Shown here: positions 10,510-24,200 of the stretch, piece after piece | Layout of the letters: each line of letters begins with the position of its first letter | Numbering within the stretch: position 1 is the first letter of the stretch | From: Octopus vulgaris | Lineage: Eukaryota | Length of the DNA: 64,000 nucleotides | Direction: 5' to 3' | NCBI GenBank assembly: GCA_951406725.2 | Contig: OX597821.1 | Coordinates: 115,568,001-115,632,000, forward strand | Made by a program: the position numbers and the translations under genes | The notes under the pieces: model-generated | Told to the model about the DNA's origin: nothing | Database searches by the model: none | Seen by the model: the letters and a program-made list of their open reading frames with translations, nothing else

Positions 10510-11430
10510 CAACTGTGTTATATATAATCAAAGGGCCTTAGAGTCAATCTAGCAAAAACCAAAGTCTTAGTAAGTAGGAGGACAGACAAATTACAAATGC
10601 CTTCAGGTAGATGGCCCTGCTTGATCTGTAGAAAAGGAGTAGCTAGAAACTCCTTAAGATGTACCCAGTGTAAGCTATGAACACATAAAAGGTGTAGCAA
10701 TATCAAAGGAAGGCTAAATGGGACGATAGTTTTTGTGTGTGGCAAATGCTCAGGGGCAATAAACATTGAAAATGTGCAGAGAACAACTTCTGCCACATTC
10801 CAGGGAGAAAAACTAGAAGTAGTTGATAGCTTCCGTTACCTGGGTAATTAAGTCAGTAGCAGGTGGATGTTCTGAGAGTGTAGCTGCTGGAATAAGAATA
10901 GCCTGGGCAAAGTTCAGAGAGCTCCTACCTCATCTGGTGACAAAGGGTCTCCCATCCAGAATAAAAGGCTTACTATATAATGTATATGTGTGAACAGCCA
11001 TGCTACATGGCAGTGAAACATGGGCCGTGACTGCTGAGGACATGTGTAAGCTTAAAAGAAATGAAGCTAGTATGCTCCATTGGATTGTAATGTCAGTGTG
11101 CATACATGGCAGAGTGTAAGCGCCCTGAGAGAAAAGTTGGACATAAAAAGTATCAGATGTGGTGTGCAAGAGAGACAACTGCGCTGGTATGGTCATGTGT
11201 TGCATATGGATGAGGACAGCTGTATGAAAAAGTGTCACACCCTAGCAGTAGAGGGAACCCGTGGAAGAGGTAGACCCAGGAAGACCTGGGATAAGGTGGT
11301 AAAGCACGACCTTCAAACATTGGGCCTCACCAATGCAATGACTAGTAAAAAAGCACCATTAGAGCGTGGTCGATGCCAGTGCCGCCTGACTGGTCCTGTG
11401 CCAGTGGCACATAAAAAGCACAATTCAAGC
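10510..11430 (+). mobile_element. RTE-clade LINE RT C-terminal fragment (degenerate)
   Basis: GLRVNLAKTKV, FRYLG, QERQLRWYGHV, GRGRPRKTW, with stops and frameshifts. Confidence 0.88.
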
Positions 11431-11883
11431 GTGGCAACACAAAAAAGAGGAACCCCAAAGAAGGCAACCAAACAGAGGAAAACAAGAACAGGTCATACCA
11501 TTTATAGTGACACACAATCCGTATCACCAAAATATCTCTAGCATTGCCAAAGCAAACTTGCCAACCATTGCTTAAAGTAATGAATTAAATTATATAATCA
11601 CAGATTGAGCTATGATTTGAAGTAAAAGATACGTAATTCAATTTCATTTCTTACTTATTTGTCAATTGGTTAGCTACTTAATCAAGGAAATAATTAATTG
11701 TTTGATTAATCATTTAGTTAATTAGTTCATCAGTTTATACCAAAGTCTTTTCATTACTATCCATGACCTCTGTAGTGACAATGCCTTCTCTACTCCAGGT
11801 TTAGCTTCACGTCTGTCTTTTAGTTTTAGGTTCAATATTTATGTGGTTGTACGGATGTGAGAGGGAATGTATAGGTGAAGAAG

Positions 11884-11950
<67 letters not shown>
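11884..11950. repeat. (GA)n microsatellite
   Basis: Seen directly in the sequence. Confidence 0.95.
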
Positions 11951-11951
<1 letters not shown>

Positions 11952-12336
11952 ATATGTGTTTGTGTGTGAGTGTGCATTCAGGTATTTGTGTGTGTCTGCA
12001 TTCATGGGTGGTGGTAAAAGAAAATCTTTTGCTATGTGTCATTTATATAGTATCATTTATCTGTCTTTATGGGCTTCAATATGTACTGGTACTGTGCAGC
12101 TGTGCCACTTGTTATTGAGTTGCACAGATTGAATTATAATTTATATTGCCATTTTGTTTTTATTCCAATACTGGAATGTGTGTGTGTGTGTGTGGTAAGA
12201 AGTTTGCTTCCCAACCACATGGCTCCAGGTTCAGTTTCACTGACTGGCACCTCAGGCAAGTGTCTTCTTCCATAGTCTCAGGCCGACCAAAGCCTTGTGA
12301 GTAGCTTTGGTAAACAGAAACTGAAAGAAGTCCATT

Positions 12337-12352
12337 GTATATATGTATGTAC

Positions 12353-12383
<31 letters not shown>

Positions 12384-12401
12384 TGTATGTATGTATGTAT
12401 G

Positions 12402-12433
<32 letters not shown>

Positions 12434-13700
12434 TGTATGTATGTATGTATGTATGTATGTATGTATGAATGTATGTATGTATGTATGTATGTATGTATGT
12501 ATGTATGTATGTATGTATGTATGTATGTATGTATGTATGTATGTATGTATGTATGTATGTATGTATGTATGTATGTATGTACGTATGTATGTATGTATGT
12601 ATGTATGTATGTATGTATGTATGTATGTATGTATGTATGTATGTATGTATGTATGTATGTATGTATGTATGTATGTATGTATGTATGTATGTATGTATGT
12701 ATGTATGTATGTATGTATGTATGTATGTATGTATGTATGTATGTATGTATGTATGTATGTATGTATGTATGTATGTATGTATGTATGTATGTACGTATGT
12801 ACGTATGTATGTATGTATGTATGTATTATGTATGTATGTATGTATGTATGTATGTATGTATGTATGTATGTATGTATGTATGTATGTATGTATGTATGTA
12901 TGTATGTATGTATGTATGTATGTATGTATGTATGTATGTATGTATGTATGTATGTATGTATGTATGTATGTATGTATGTATGTATGTATGTATGTATGTA
13001 TGTATGTATGTATGTATGTATGTATGTATGTATGTATGTATGTATGTATGTATGTATGTATGTATGTATGTATGTATGTATGTATGTATGTATGTATGTA
13101 TGTATGTATGTATGTATGTATGTATGTATGTATGTATGTATGTATGTATGTATGTATGTATGTATGTATGTATGTATGTATGTATGTATGTATGTATGTA
13201 TGTATGTATGTATGTATGTATGTATGTATGTATGTATGTATGTATGTATGTATGTATGTATGTATGTATGTATGTATGTATGTATGTATGTATGTATGTA
13301 TGTATGTATGTATGTATGTATGTATGTATGTATGTATGTATGTATGTATGTATGTATGTATGTATGTATGTATGTATGTATGTATGTATGTATGTATGTA
13401 TGTATGTATGTATGTATGTATGTATGTATGTATGTATGTATGTATGTATGTATGTATGTATGTATGTATGTATGTATGTATGTATGTATGTATGTATGTA
13501 TGTATGTATGTATGTATGTATGTATGTATGTATGTATGTATGTATGTATGTATGTATGTATGTATGTATGTATGTATGTATGTATGTATGTATGTATGTA
13601 TGTATGTATGTATGTATGTATGTATGTATGTATGTATGTATGTATGTATATATGTATGTATGTATGTATGTATGTACATATGTACGTATGTATGTATGTG
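12337..13700. repeat. (TATG)n microsatellite, about 1.35 kb
   Basis: Near-perfect tetranucleotide array occupying the internal microsatellite slot of a SINE (12190-13935). Confidence 0.98.
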
Positions 13701-13939
13701 CCTACCTACATATGTATGTGTGTGTCTTTGTGTCTGTGTTTGTCCCCCCACTACCGCCTGGAAGCTGGTATTGGTATGTTTACAACCCTGAAATTTAGCA
13801 GTTCAGCAAAAGAAACAAATGGAATAAGTACTAGACTTAAAAAAATAAAGTCCTTGGTCAATTTATTTGACTAAAACCCTTCAAGGTGGTGCCCTTAAAT
13901 GGCTAGAGTCAAATATCTGAAACAAGTAAAAGATAGATG

Positions 13940-13972
<33 letters not shown>

Positions 13973-13974
13973 AT

Positions 13975-15855
13975 ATCATCATCATTGTTTAACGTCCGCT
14001 TTCCATGCTAGCATGGGTTGGACAGTTTGACTGATCTCTGGTGAGCCAGAGGGTGCACCAGGCTCAATCTGATCTGGCAAAGTTTCTACAGCTGGACGCC
14101 CTTCCTAATGCCAACCACTCCAGGAGTATTGTGAGTGCTTTTACGTGACACTGGCACCAGGGCCAGCCAGGCATTTCTGGCAACGACCATGCTCAAAAGA
14201 TGTTTTTACGTGCTACACACACAGGAGCCAGACCAGTGGCACTGGCAAGAACCATGCTTGGATGTTTTTCATGTGCCGGTAAGGCGATGTAGGCAACGAT
14301 CATATTTGAATGGTGTTTTTCACGTGTCACCAGCATGGAAGCCAATCCGTGGCCCTGGCAACGATCATGCTTGGATGTGCTTTTAATGTTCCATTGGCAT
14401 GAATGCCAATCAGGTGGTACTGTCATCGGCCATGACAGCAATTTTGATTTTGATTTCACTTGCCTCGAGAGGTCTTCACAAGCAAAGTTTATTGTCCCAT
14501 GAATGAGGGGTATTCATAAGTGAGCTGGTTACATCCACTGGGATAGGCCATGGGCTCTGGTCTCACTTGGCTTGTCGGGTCTTCTCAAGCACAGCATATC
14601 TCTAAAGGTCTCAGTCACTAGTCATTGCCTCCATGAGGTCCAATGTTTGAAGGTCGTGCTTCACCACTTCATCCCAGGTTTTCCTTGGTCTATCTCTTCC
14701 ACATCTCCCTCTACTGCTAGGGTGTGACACTTTTTCACACAGCTGTCCTCATTCATTCGCAACACATGACCATACCAGCACAGTCGTCTCTCTTGCACAC
14801 CACATCTAATGCTTCTTAAATCCAACTTTTCTCAGGGCACTTACATTCTGTTGTGTATGCACACTGACATTACACATCCAGTCGAGCATACTGGCTTCAT
14901 TCCTTGCAAGCTTACACATGTCTTCAGCTGTCACAGCCCATGTCATACAGTCTACCTTTTACTCTGAGCAAGAGGCCCTTTGTTACCAGCAGAGGTAGTA
15001 GCTCTCTGAATTTTCCCCTGACTATTCTTATTCTAGCAGCTACTAACTTGGTTCCCTAGGTAATGGAAGCTATCAACTACTTGTGGTTTTTCTCCCTGGA
15101 ATGTTACAGAAGCTGTTCTCTGCACATTTTCAGTTTTTATAGAACCTGAGCATTTGCCACATACAAAAACTATCTTCCTAGTTAGCCTTCCTTTGATATT
15201 GCTGCACCTCTTATGTGTCCATGGCTTACACTGGGTATATCTTATGGAGTTTCTACCTACGCCGTTTCTACAGATTGAGCAGGACTATCTACCTGAAGGG
15301 ATTTGTAATTTGTCTGCCTTCCTACTTATTAAAACTTTGGTTTTAGCTAGGTTGACTCTAAGGCCCTTCGATTCTAATCTTTGCTTCCACACCTGAAACT
15401 TTTCCTCTAGTTCTGATAGTGACTCAGCAATTAGAGAAAGGTCATCAACATAGAGGAGCTACCAAGGGCATCCTGTCTTGAATTCTTCTGTTATTGCTTG
15501 GAGGACTATGATGAATAAGAGGGGGCTGAGGACTGATCCTTGGTGGAACCCTATCCCTACTCGGAATTCTCCACTGTACTCGTCGCCAACCCTCACCTTA
15601 CTGACAGCATCCCTGTACATGGCTTGCACAGCTCTCACTAACCATTCATCTATCCCTAGTTTCCTCATTGACCACCAGATAAGGGATCGGGGGACCCTGT
15701 CAAAGGCTTTCTCCATGTCAATGAAAGCCAGGTAGAGAGGTTTAACTTTGGCTAGGTATTTCTCTTGCAGCTGTCTTACCAGAAATATAGCATCAGTGGT
15801 GCTTTTCCCTGGCACAAACCCAAACTGCATCTCATCTAGACTGATTCTCTCCCTT
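13975..15855 (-). mobile_element. 5'-truncated RTE LINE: RT region, tandem-repeat 3' UTR and (GAT)n tail
   Basis: QFGFVPGKSTTDAIF...AFIDMEKAFDRVP...HQGSVLSPLLF, continuing into a 3' UTR ending aacccatgctagcatggaaagcggacgttaaac(gat)n. Confidence 0.92.
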
Positions 15856-16569
15856 ACTCTCCTACTGAAGATGATGTATGAGTGTTTAGTGAGAAGACAG
15901 AAAAAAAAAAAGAAAATCCAACCAAATAGACAATCAATAACATACTCACACTACTATTACTACCATTCACTAATGTTTACAATTCATTTACTTCATGTTG
16001 TGACTCCTCATCTGAGTCCTGAGGCCACCAAATACAATATGGATATGAGTGGGAACATAACCTATTAAACCAGCAAATGATCTGAGAAATTACAATGTGG
16101 ACAATGGTGGTTTGTGGGAAGACTGTTGGTCTGTTGGTCTCTTCTCCTATTTTCCCATAACTGCTCTTGAAGCTGTACCCTTTGGGTTTCAAAGTTTTTA
16201 AGCTGGAAAAAGGGCTCTCTTCCCCAGCCTACATGGTTTCTTGCAAGATTCTCAAAGTTTTCTTTCCTAATACTCAGACATTTCAGATTATCTTTTAACA
16301 CACACACACACGTAAGGGAAATAGGACAAGGTAGAAAATGCTAAAGTAATTTTATCATAAAGAACATTTTAGTACTGGTTACAGTCTTCGCAACTTTTTC
16401 AACTTGGGGTAAAACATAAAAGCGATTAAATTGTGGAAAAATTAAATAAAATATTTAAAAAAAATATTTTCATTGTTTTCAAATAAGTGAAACATTTTCC
16501 TTTTTTCTTTCTCTCTCTCTCTTTTACTTTTGTGAAGGTGCGGTAGGTAGGTAGAAGTAGATCTGAAGA

Positions 16570-16910
16570 AATAATTAAGAAGGTTGCAGTCTGGGGAGTT
16601 AGGTGGCCAGATGTTAGGGGTGATGTGGTCACAGAAATTGTCTGACAGCCATGACTGGGTTCTCCTACTTGTATGATATGATGCAGAGTCCTGTTGCCAG
16701 ACACAGGGTTTTCCTGCAGCCACCCTCTTGACCCAAGTCAGCACTACCTCCTTCAGGCACTTGATATATGCCTCCATGTTGAGTCTGAGGCCATGTGGGA
16801 AGCTGAATGAAGGCATTACATCACCTTCACTAGTGATCACTCCAAACATCATGATTTTGACTGGATGTTTGATTTTTATCACTCTTGGTACATGTTTTGG
16901 GGACATGACA
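16570..16910 (-). mobile_element. Tc1/mariner (maT/DD37D-like) transposase remnant
   Basis: IMMFGVITSEGD...VWQQDSASYHTS...IWPPNSPDCN. Confidence 0.85.
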
Positions 16911-18013
16911 AGCTAACAGTTGTTTTGTGTGTTCACCATTTGTTTGTATTGGAGCTTCCAGCAGGAATGCCAAGCAGTATAACATGTCATTTCCAAAATT
17001 CTGGCAGAGTGAATTGTGTCATAGTGCTGTTTTTCTCACAGACAGTGTCCAACTGACCCTACTATACTGTGTAGTCTACAAAATCAAGAACAATGTGCAT
17101 GTGCAAAATTAAAAATATTAAATGGCAACAATTTACCCACCACACCCTGCATACATACACATATTGAATATCAGGTCACTTGTGAGATCTCTCATGAATG
17201 CTACTAGTAATATAGAATCCAGTACAAATTGTTGTATAGCTGGGCTGTCAGTGACTAAACTGGCTACATATCTAGGACTAAAAACAAGACTTCAGGAATT
17301 CCTGGTTGATGTCTGGTATGCTAGAAAGATCATTGAGAGTGAGAACCTCTTAGCTTTTGCTAAAGCATGTCTCTAGGAGAAGGTGACTCTGGAATATAAA
17401 ACACACAGAACAGTACTGAGCATTTTGGGGGTCTTTTGCTTGCACTTAATCATACTGCTCTCACATTCCTGAGCCTGTGACCCTTGCCCTGGCTTGTCTT
17501 AGGATCATGTCAATAAGGTAGAGAGGGTCTCTGAGGTGCTATGCAAGCCTTATTGGACCTAAAATTTTAGGCTGTGCAATCAGTGGCAAGGTGACTATCC
17601 AATGCCCAGTCTAGAAGGAAGCTGTGGACATGAACCTGGACGACTAGGTGGTCAGCCGTATGCTAGAAGTAGATCACCTACGACCAAACTACAAAGAAAA
17701 GAATCTTCTATATGCCCCAGCCCATCCAAAGTACCTTGGATCGCAGGACGGCCTGCTGTGCTTAACTTGGATTGTAGGGCAACCTGCTGTGCTTGAGGAG
17801 ACCTATCGAGTCAAGTATATCAACATCAACATCAAAAAATCAAATGGAAATTGTAGTTGTGCTTTTTATGTGGCACCAACACTGGTAAGGTCACCAAGTA
17901 ACTTGCAAGATAAAGATTCCTTAACTGAGAGGAGGAGTAGTATTGTGTAATGTAATGAGAGGACAGAAACAAGTGTCTTGCTGTAGAAGAGATACATAGC
18001 TACTCCAGTTGGG

Positions 18014-18059
<46 letters not shown>

Positions 18060-20339
18060 AAGAGTGAGAGAGAGCAAGACAGAGTGAGTGAGATGGTGGC
18101 AATGTGGCAGGGCATACTCTCAAGGTACCAGGATACGAATATAAATGGAATGGAAGAGGATTGGCCAGCATGTGTAAGTAATAAGTTCAAGGAAGTGCCA
18201 AAGGAGGAAGAGAGGAAGGAAAGTGGGGAATGCAGCGAGTGGTAAAACATGGGTATATAGTGGTGGGGAGGGGCTCACAAGATAGGAATGATACAACTAG
18301 CTGGGGGAGGACAGGAGAGAGAGAGAGAGAGAGCAGAAAGAAATAAGCATAGTGTTTGAATAAGAGACACAGCTTGTTTCATTGGGATAGGGCATGTGAA
18401 TTAAATTTAAATTGTGAATGGAATACACAGTGCTTTAAGCAGACAGTTTTACTGAGGTAGGTAGGTCTTCTCAAGAACTTCATATCACCAGACATCTTGG
18501 TCTATTATCATCTCTTCTGTGAGGCTCAACATTTTGAGATTAGCCCCCAGTACTTAATCGCATGTCTTTCTAGGTCTCCTTTTTCCATAGGTACCATCCA
18601 CTTCCAGTGATTGGCCCTTCTTTTTTTATACACCTATCTTCATTCACATGTTCCAATCCGTTGTAGTCTTCTCTCTTGAATGTTACATCTGATTCTTCTG
18701 CCTGAACATAACTGTGGTGTTAGTGGTGTTGTTGGGCTGTGATGGAGCTATGTGGTGTTGGTGGAGGGGATTGCAGATGAGGTGGACAGAAGTAAGGGTT
18801 GCAGGGGCCGGTGAGACAGGCAGAGGGCATGCGTGGGCAGGAAGCACGTGTGGTCAGTTTGAGCAGAGATGGCAGAGACAAGATGTGTTTAATTCGTGAG
18901 AGTGACCACTGATTTCACCGAGGTCAACAGGTCAGGCCTTTTGTATTTCTTTCTCCCGTTTGCTTCTTTTTCTGTTGTCCTTTGCCTCCATCACACTAAT
19001 ATTTTCACTGCCATACATGCACACTGATGTTGCACATCTATAAGAACATACAAGCTTCATTCCTCTCCAGTCCATGCATGTCATCTGCATTCTGGGCCCC
19101 TGTTTCACTATCATGAAGCATAGCTGTTTGTACACACACACACATTCCAGGCCAGGCACACACACACTACATCCATGAACGGTCCTTGAAAACCTCATGT
19201 AATGGCCACATGGCAACATAGTTTTCTTCAGCAGTACCAAAACATAATTACAATACATATCAAAGAAAAAGTCTTGCACCAACTGTCCCTGCACAAGAAT
19301 GATGCGTAACAAAAAGCTTCAAAGTTGCTACAAATGCTCATAATGATCCCTCAATGCCATATCTGCATAATTCAAACAAATCTTCTTCAGATGGTCGAAA
19401 ATACTTAATTTCTGATCTATAACCGAGTGAGCAAAAAACATTTTCTAAAATCTCCAACTCCTCCAAAGCTGGTTCTAAGTTTGGTTGAGAAAGGAGGAGA
19501 GTGGTAAGCAGAAGGTTAACACCAACAAGAGAACATATGCAACTGATCCTGGTAACGGGAGGTAGTCATCAGGGATTGCATATAAGAAGGTTCTCAGAGA
19601 CTGAAGCATTGACAGCTGGCTTCATCTGGGGACAGCTATCCTATGCTCCACATGCAATCAAAGAAACTATTATATTGGGGACGTTTCTACAACTACACTC
19701 ATAAATACCTATGACAACATTTAAAAGAGCTATTCAGCCAATTCATGAAGAATCATTCGCCAACCTATAACAATCCCTAAGCCCAAAGATACCTTATTTT
19801 TCTCTGCCTCTTCAGCCACTATAAAAACATTCTTTGCTTCTCTGAACTAGCAAACTACATACCAGACTTGCTCCGACCTACCTGTTACACCTGTCTCCTC
19901 ATCACACCCACAAGGTCACAATATTTTCCAGGCTACACTAAATAGTTTGGTCAACTATTTCTCCCCAAACTCCCCTGAATTCTGTTCCTCATCTTAAAAA
20001 TTTCTTCAACTAATTTATCCAGAAAGTAAAATATCCCGCTTATAACTTGAACGTTTGTTCTCATCTCCGCTTTTTAACACTTGTTTTCCATTAGGCATTT
20101 CATCAGGTTACATTAACTGGTTAAACATTTTGCTCGGCCACAAAGGACATCATTTCAATCTGCTAAAGTCTACAAGAACATACCGGCTCTCAGAAAATGT
20201 CGTTCGGAATCAGATTCATGTATTTTTCTTTCGCAACAGAAACATAAGTAAATCTGTATTCACTATCCCAATTATAGCTGGATTTCAAAGGCCAATATAT
20301 AGTCAATATATCAATAAGCTAGTCTGCGAACGAAACTGT

Positions 20340-20542
20340 AACACCCGTGGTGTTGGTGTCAATTAATTAGCACACACACCCAACGTTTACGTTTCCAACA
20401 TGGCGCCGCATGTCACCCACATTGCTGGATACGCGTATTTAAGCATCTATTCAACAATGTTTTAATTTTAGTAACAGTCCCAGTTATGTAACGTAACATA
20501 TTGAGGAATACAGAGCACTTGCTTGTTAGAACTACGACAGAG
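20340..20542 (+). promoter_or_regulatory. Probable GPR155 promoter and non-coding first exon
   Basis: Locally CpG-rich unique sequence with a YY1-like AACATGGCG at 20397-20405 and a strong donor GAG/gtaagg after 20542. The first coding exon has an acceptor 4 nt before its ATG, so an upstream exon is needed. Confidence 0.45.
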
Positions 20543-20988
20543 GTAAGGCATTAATTTTATGTTTTTCTAGACATTCTATCGTCTCGTGTAGCAAGGATGA
20601 GAAAAGTCAAGTACAAAGCACGCTGTTTATTGCATTTTCATTACGTTTATCGTATCAATTGTTGTCATATCTGATAATATCTCTACTTATGACTTTCTCT
20701 TATCAATTCATATTTTAATACCGATTGCTCTTAGTTATCAAATACGAAATATGATATAATTGTTTGGAACATAGAAACATAAGGCAAAAATACGGCAGTT
20801 TAAAGAGATAAACAGTTTACTAATTCATCCTCAGAGGAGTCGAAAACTACCGAAGTGACCATATTCCGATTCCTACAATATGCATGTATGTTACATATTA
20901 GAACATTAAACAATATTGAGCTGAGGGTAATAAAAAAAAAAAAAACACGTTATAGAAAAATAATTATCAAATAATAGGTCGGTACTAC

Positions 20989-21237
20989 TAGCGAACAGTG
21001 GTCCCGTTACGCGCATCCGCGCTAGCTAGTCATGACTAGTCGATCATTACTCTGTGTTTTTGTGTGTTACTTTGTTTAAAAAATTATTTACTTAGTGTTT
21101 TTGTGTTTTAATTACTTTGTTTGACTAAAATTATTTACTTTGTGTAAAATTTTTTATTTATTTTGTGTTTTATTTACCTTGCTATGTAGTCGTTTTAGGA
21201 TCGACTACTTACGACTAACTGGACCACTGTTCACTAC
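20989..21237. mobile_element. Small TIR element between two ~90-bp direct repeats
   Basis: tagcgaacagtggtcccgtta ... taactggaccactgttcacta. Flanks 20885-20980 and 21255-21342 are near-identical. Confidence 0.6.
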
Positions 21238-24200
21238 AATATGCGTGTATATATGTATGTTACATAATAAAGCATTAAACAATATTGAGCTGAGGGTAAT
21301 AAAAAAACATGTTATAGAAAAATAATTATCAAATAATAGGTCTTCGGGGTACTACAGTCATCATTTCCCTCAGAAATTTGATATATTTATTTTATGCAGT
21401 GTTATTTCATTTCATATATCTCAGTAGTTTCTATGGTTTCGGGCGAGAAATTTACAACCGACGCTTTAATATTACAGTATTTGTTTGGTTGTAAATAAAA
21501 ACCATGAAATATATTTGAATATAGCACCAAACGACATTAATCAGCTATTTTGGAAAGTGTAATCCGCGCTGTTTAGTTTTGCGCCAGAAAGTAAAAGGCA
21601 CCTCGATATATGCGGCTTCTAGAAGATAGCCTATATATATATATATATATGTTTCTTTATTACCCACAAGGGGCTAACATAGAGGGGACAAACAAGGACA
21701 GACAAACGAATTAAGTAGATTACATCGACCCCAGTGCGTAATTTATCGACCCCGAAAGGATGAAAGGCAAAGTCGACCTCGGCGGAATTTGAACTCAGAA
21801 CGTAGCGGCAGACGAAATACGGTCATATATATATATATATAAAACATACAGAAATATGCGTGTGTTGCACACACATGCACACGTGTGTGTGAATTTAGGA
21901 AGAGCAGTGCTTATGGTCACCTTTACGGGACTTCCAAGATTAGTAGATGAGAGGAAATTATCCTCAACCAGACACCTGTTCAATATGATTGCCTCGGAGC
22001 GAACACCTGTAGAGGCCCCCAACGGTGATTGCTGGTGGTGTTGGTGGAATTCCGATTTAAGCATCCCATTTAACCCCTCATAACTTTTTCATTTTTTGGA
22101 ATTTTCAGAAAATCTTTACAAAAAAAAAAATCCTTTTTAATTTTTATCACCCAAAACTAAAATATTCACAACTATCGGAGAGCCTGAGATCATTGCTGCG
22201 ATTTATCTCCACAGTGACATAAAACGGTTATGAAAAAGATAATTTATTTTAAAAGCATACTTCTCTGTTAGTAAATGTTTTTTGGGGTTTTTTTTCCGAG
22301 TGACAAGGAAACGAGGAAAGTACCTGGTGGTTGTGGGATGTGCTGAAAACAACAGCTAAATCTCCCTTAAACTACACACTTTTTCATCTGAAAATTATTT
22401 TGAAATTATGAACAGAAATAGATGGCAGATTCGGACTGTCTGTATTTTAAAACCGTTATTAAAAAAAAACAACACATTTTGAGGAGTGGAGATTTTAGGA
22501 TTTGTGAGGTGGGATGGGGATAATTACATAATTTTTTGCATAATAGTATGAATCCCCGTATATACTACACAAATTCGCAAAAATTCAAAGGATCCACCCC
22601 CATTCCTGAGCCTATGTGGGATTCAGTCCCACTGCATGGCACATTAGGGGAATGTCCGGATTTGGTAGATGGAAACCGAAAGACGCTAGTGGTATATATG
22701 TGTCCATGTGCGTGTATGTGCGTGTGTGTCCAACACTGCTTGACAACATTGCAATCCTTATATATCGTTCTAGAGCTTAACCTTTTTATCTATGTCATGA
22801 AGGAAGGTTTTGTAGGTGTATGGTGTGTACCAATAACGAAGGGTTGCCAAATATATATATCCTTTGATTCAGTCATTAGACTGTGAAGGGGCACCAGACT
22901 AGGGTCTACGTAGGGGGTACTATCGACTTCAAGTGACACTATCTTGCTCACTTATGCTCCTTCTCAAAGAAGTCCTCTAAACAATTTCTTTCCTTAGCCA
23001 CCTAGTCTCGGCATGCCGTATGCCTTATCTTGGTCTATAGTTTGTGGTAGAAACCCCATACAACACTAACTTTCATAACTGTAAATTTCATTGCCAGGAA
23101 TCACTCACTATATCTTGCCAGAATGAGACCGCTTTATTGATTGTACCCTTTCACCAGAATTTTCTCTCACTCTTTCTTCCTGTTTCTGTTGTACTTGTAT
23201 TTCAAAGGGCCAGCCTTGTCACACTCTGTGTTATGCTGAATCTCCCCAAGAACTACTTTAAGGGTACACGTGTCTGTGAAGTGCTCAGCCACTTGCATGT
23301 TAATTTCACGAGCAGGCTGTTCTGCTGATCAGATCAACTGGAACCCTCGTCGTTGTAACCGATGGAGGGCCACGATATATATATATATATATATACATAT
23401 ACATGAGGCTTCTTTCAGTTTCCATTTACCAAATCCACTCACAAGACTTTGTTCAGCCTAAGAGTATAGAAGAAAATACTTGTCCAAGTGTCATGCAGTG
23501 GGACTGATCCTAAAACTATGTGGTTGGGAAGTAAGCTTCTTGACTATACAACCCAGGCCAGACTCTCTAAGATCAGTGAGATCAACATGGTTGATGAGCC
23601 TTCTGAGCAACTCCAAGTAGATAGCTGTAGGATAAAATGGTTAAAGAGGGAATTTAAGAAGAATGACATTGTGGGGAGAAAGAACAAGGGAAATGTTTGT
23701 TTTGATTTTTTCCTTCTCGAGCCATGCCCGGCTCATAAGGGCCGGTTTCCCGGTTTCCTTGGCGTATAGGTTCCCCACTTGGACAGGACACCAGTCCGTT
23801 GCAGGTGAGCTGCAAGATGCAGGAGGAAAGAGTGAGAGAAAGTTGTGGCGAAAGAGTCAGCAGAAGTTCGCCGTTACCTTCTGCCAGAGCCGCATGGAGC
23901 TGAGGTGTTTCGCTGATAAACACACACATTGCCCGGTCTGAGATTCGAACTCGTGATCCCTCGACCGCGAATCCGCTGCTCTGACCTCTAGGCCATGTGC
24001 CTGCACAAGAGAAATGTGGTTAGTGTGAGACCCAGAGGGTGGGATATTATGCATGATGAGAGAAGGAGCAATAAGTGAGCCAGATGGGTTAATTAAATGC
24101 GGCAAAGATCAGCCAAGTCTGAGAAAGAAAGGCTATTGTAATAGTGATAAAAGGGGCAAAATGAGAAAACTATATGTCTGTAGGCCTGAGGCTGTGTATA

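Noticed and set aside
12252-13874. 440-525 aa ORFs (MYVC/YIHT repeats)
   Set aside because: They are translations of the (TATG)n microsatellite.
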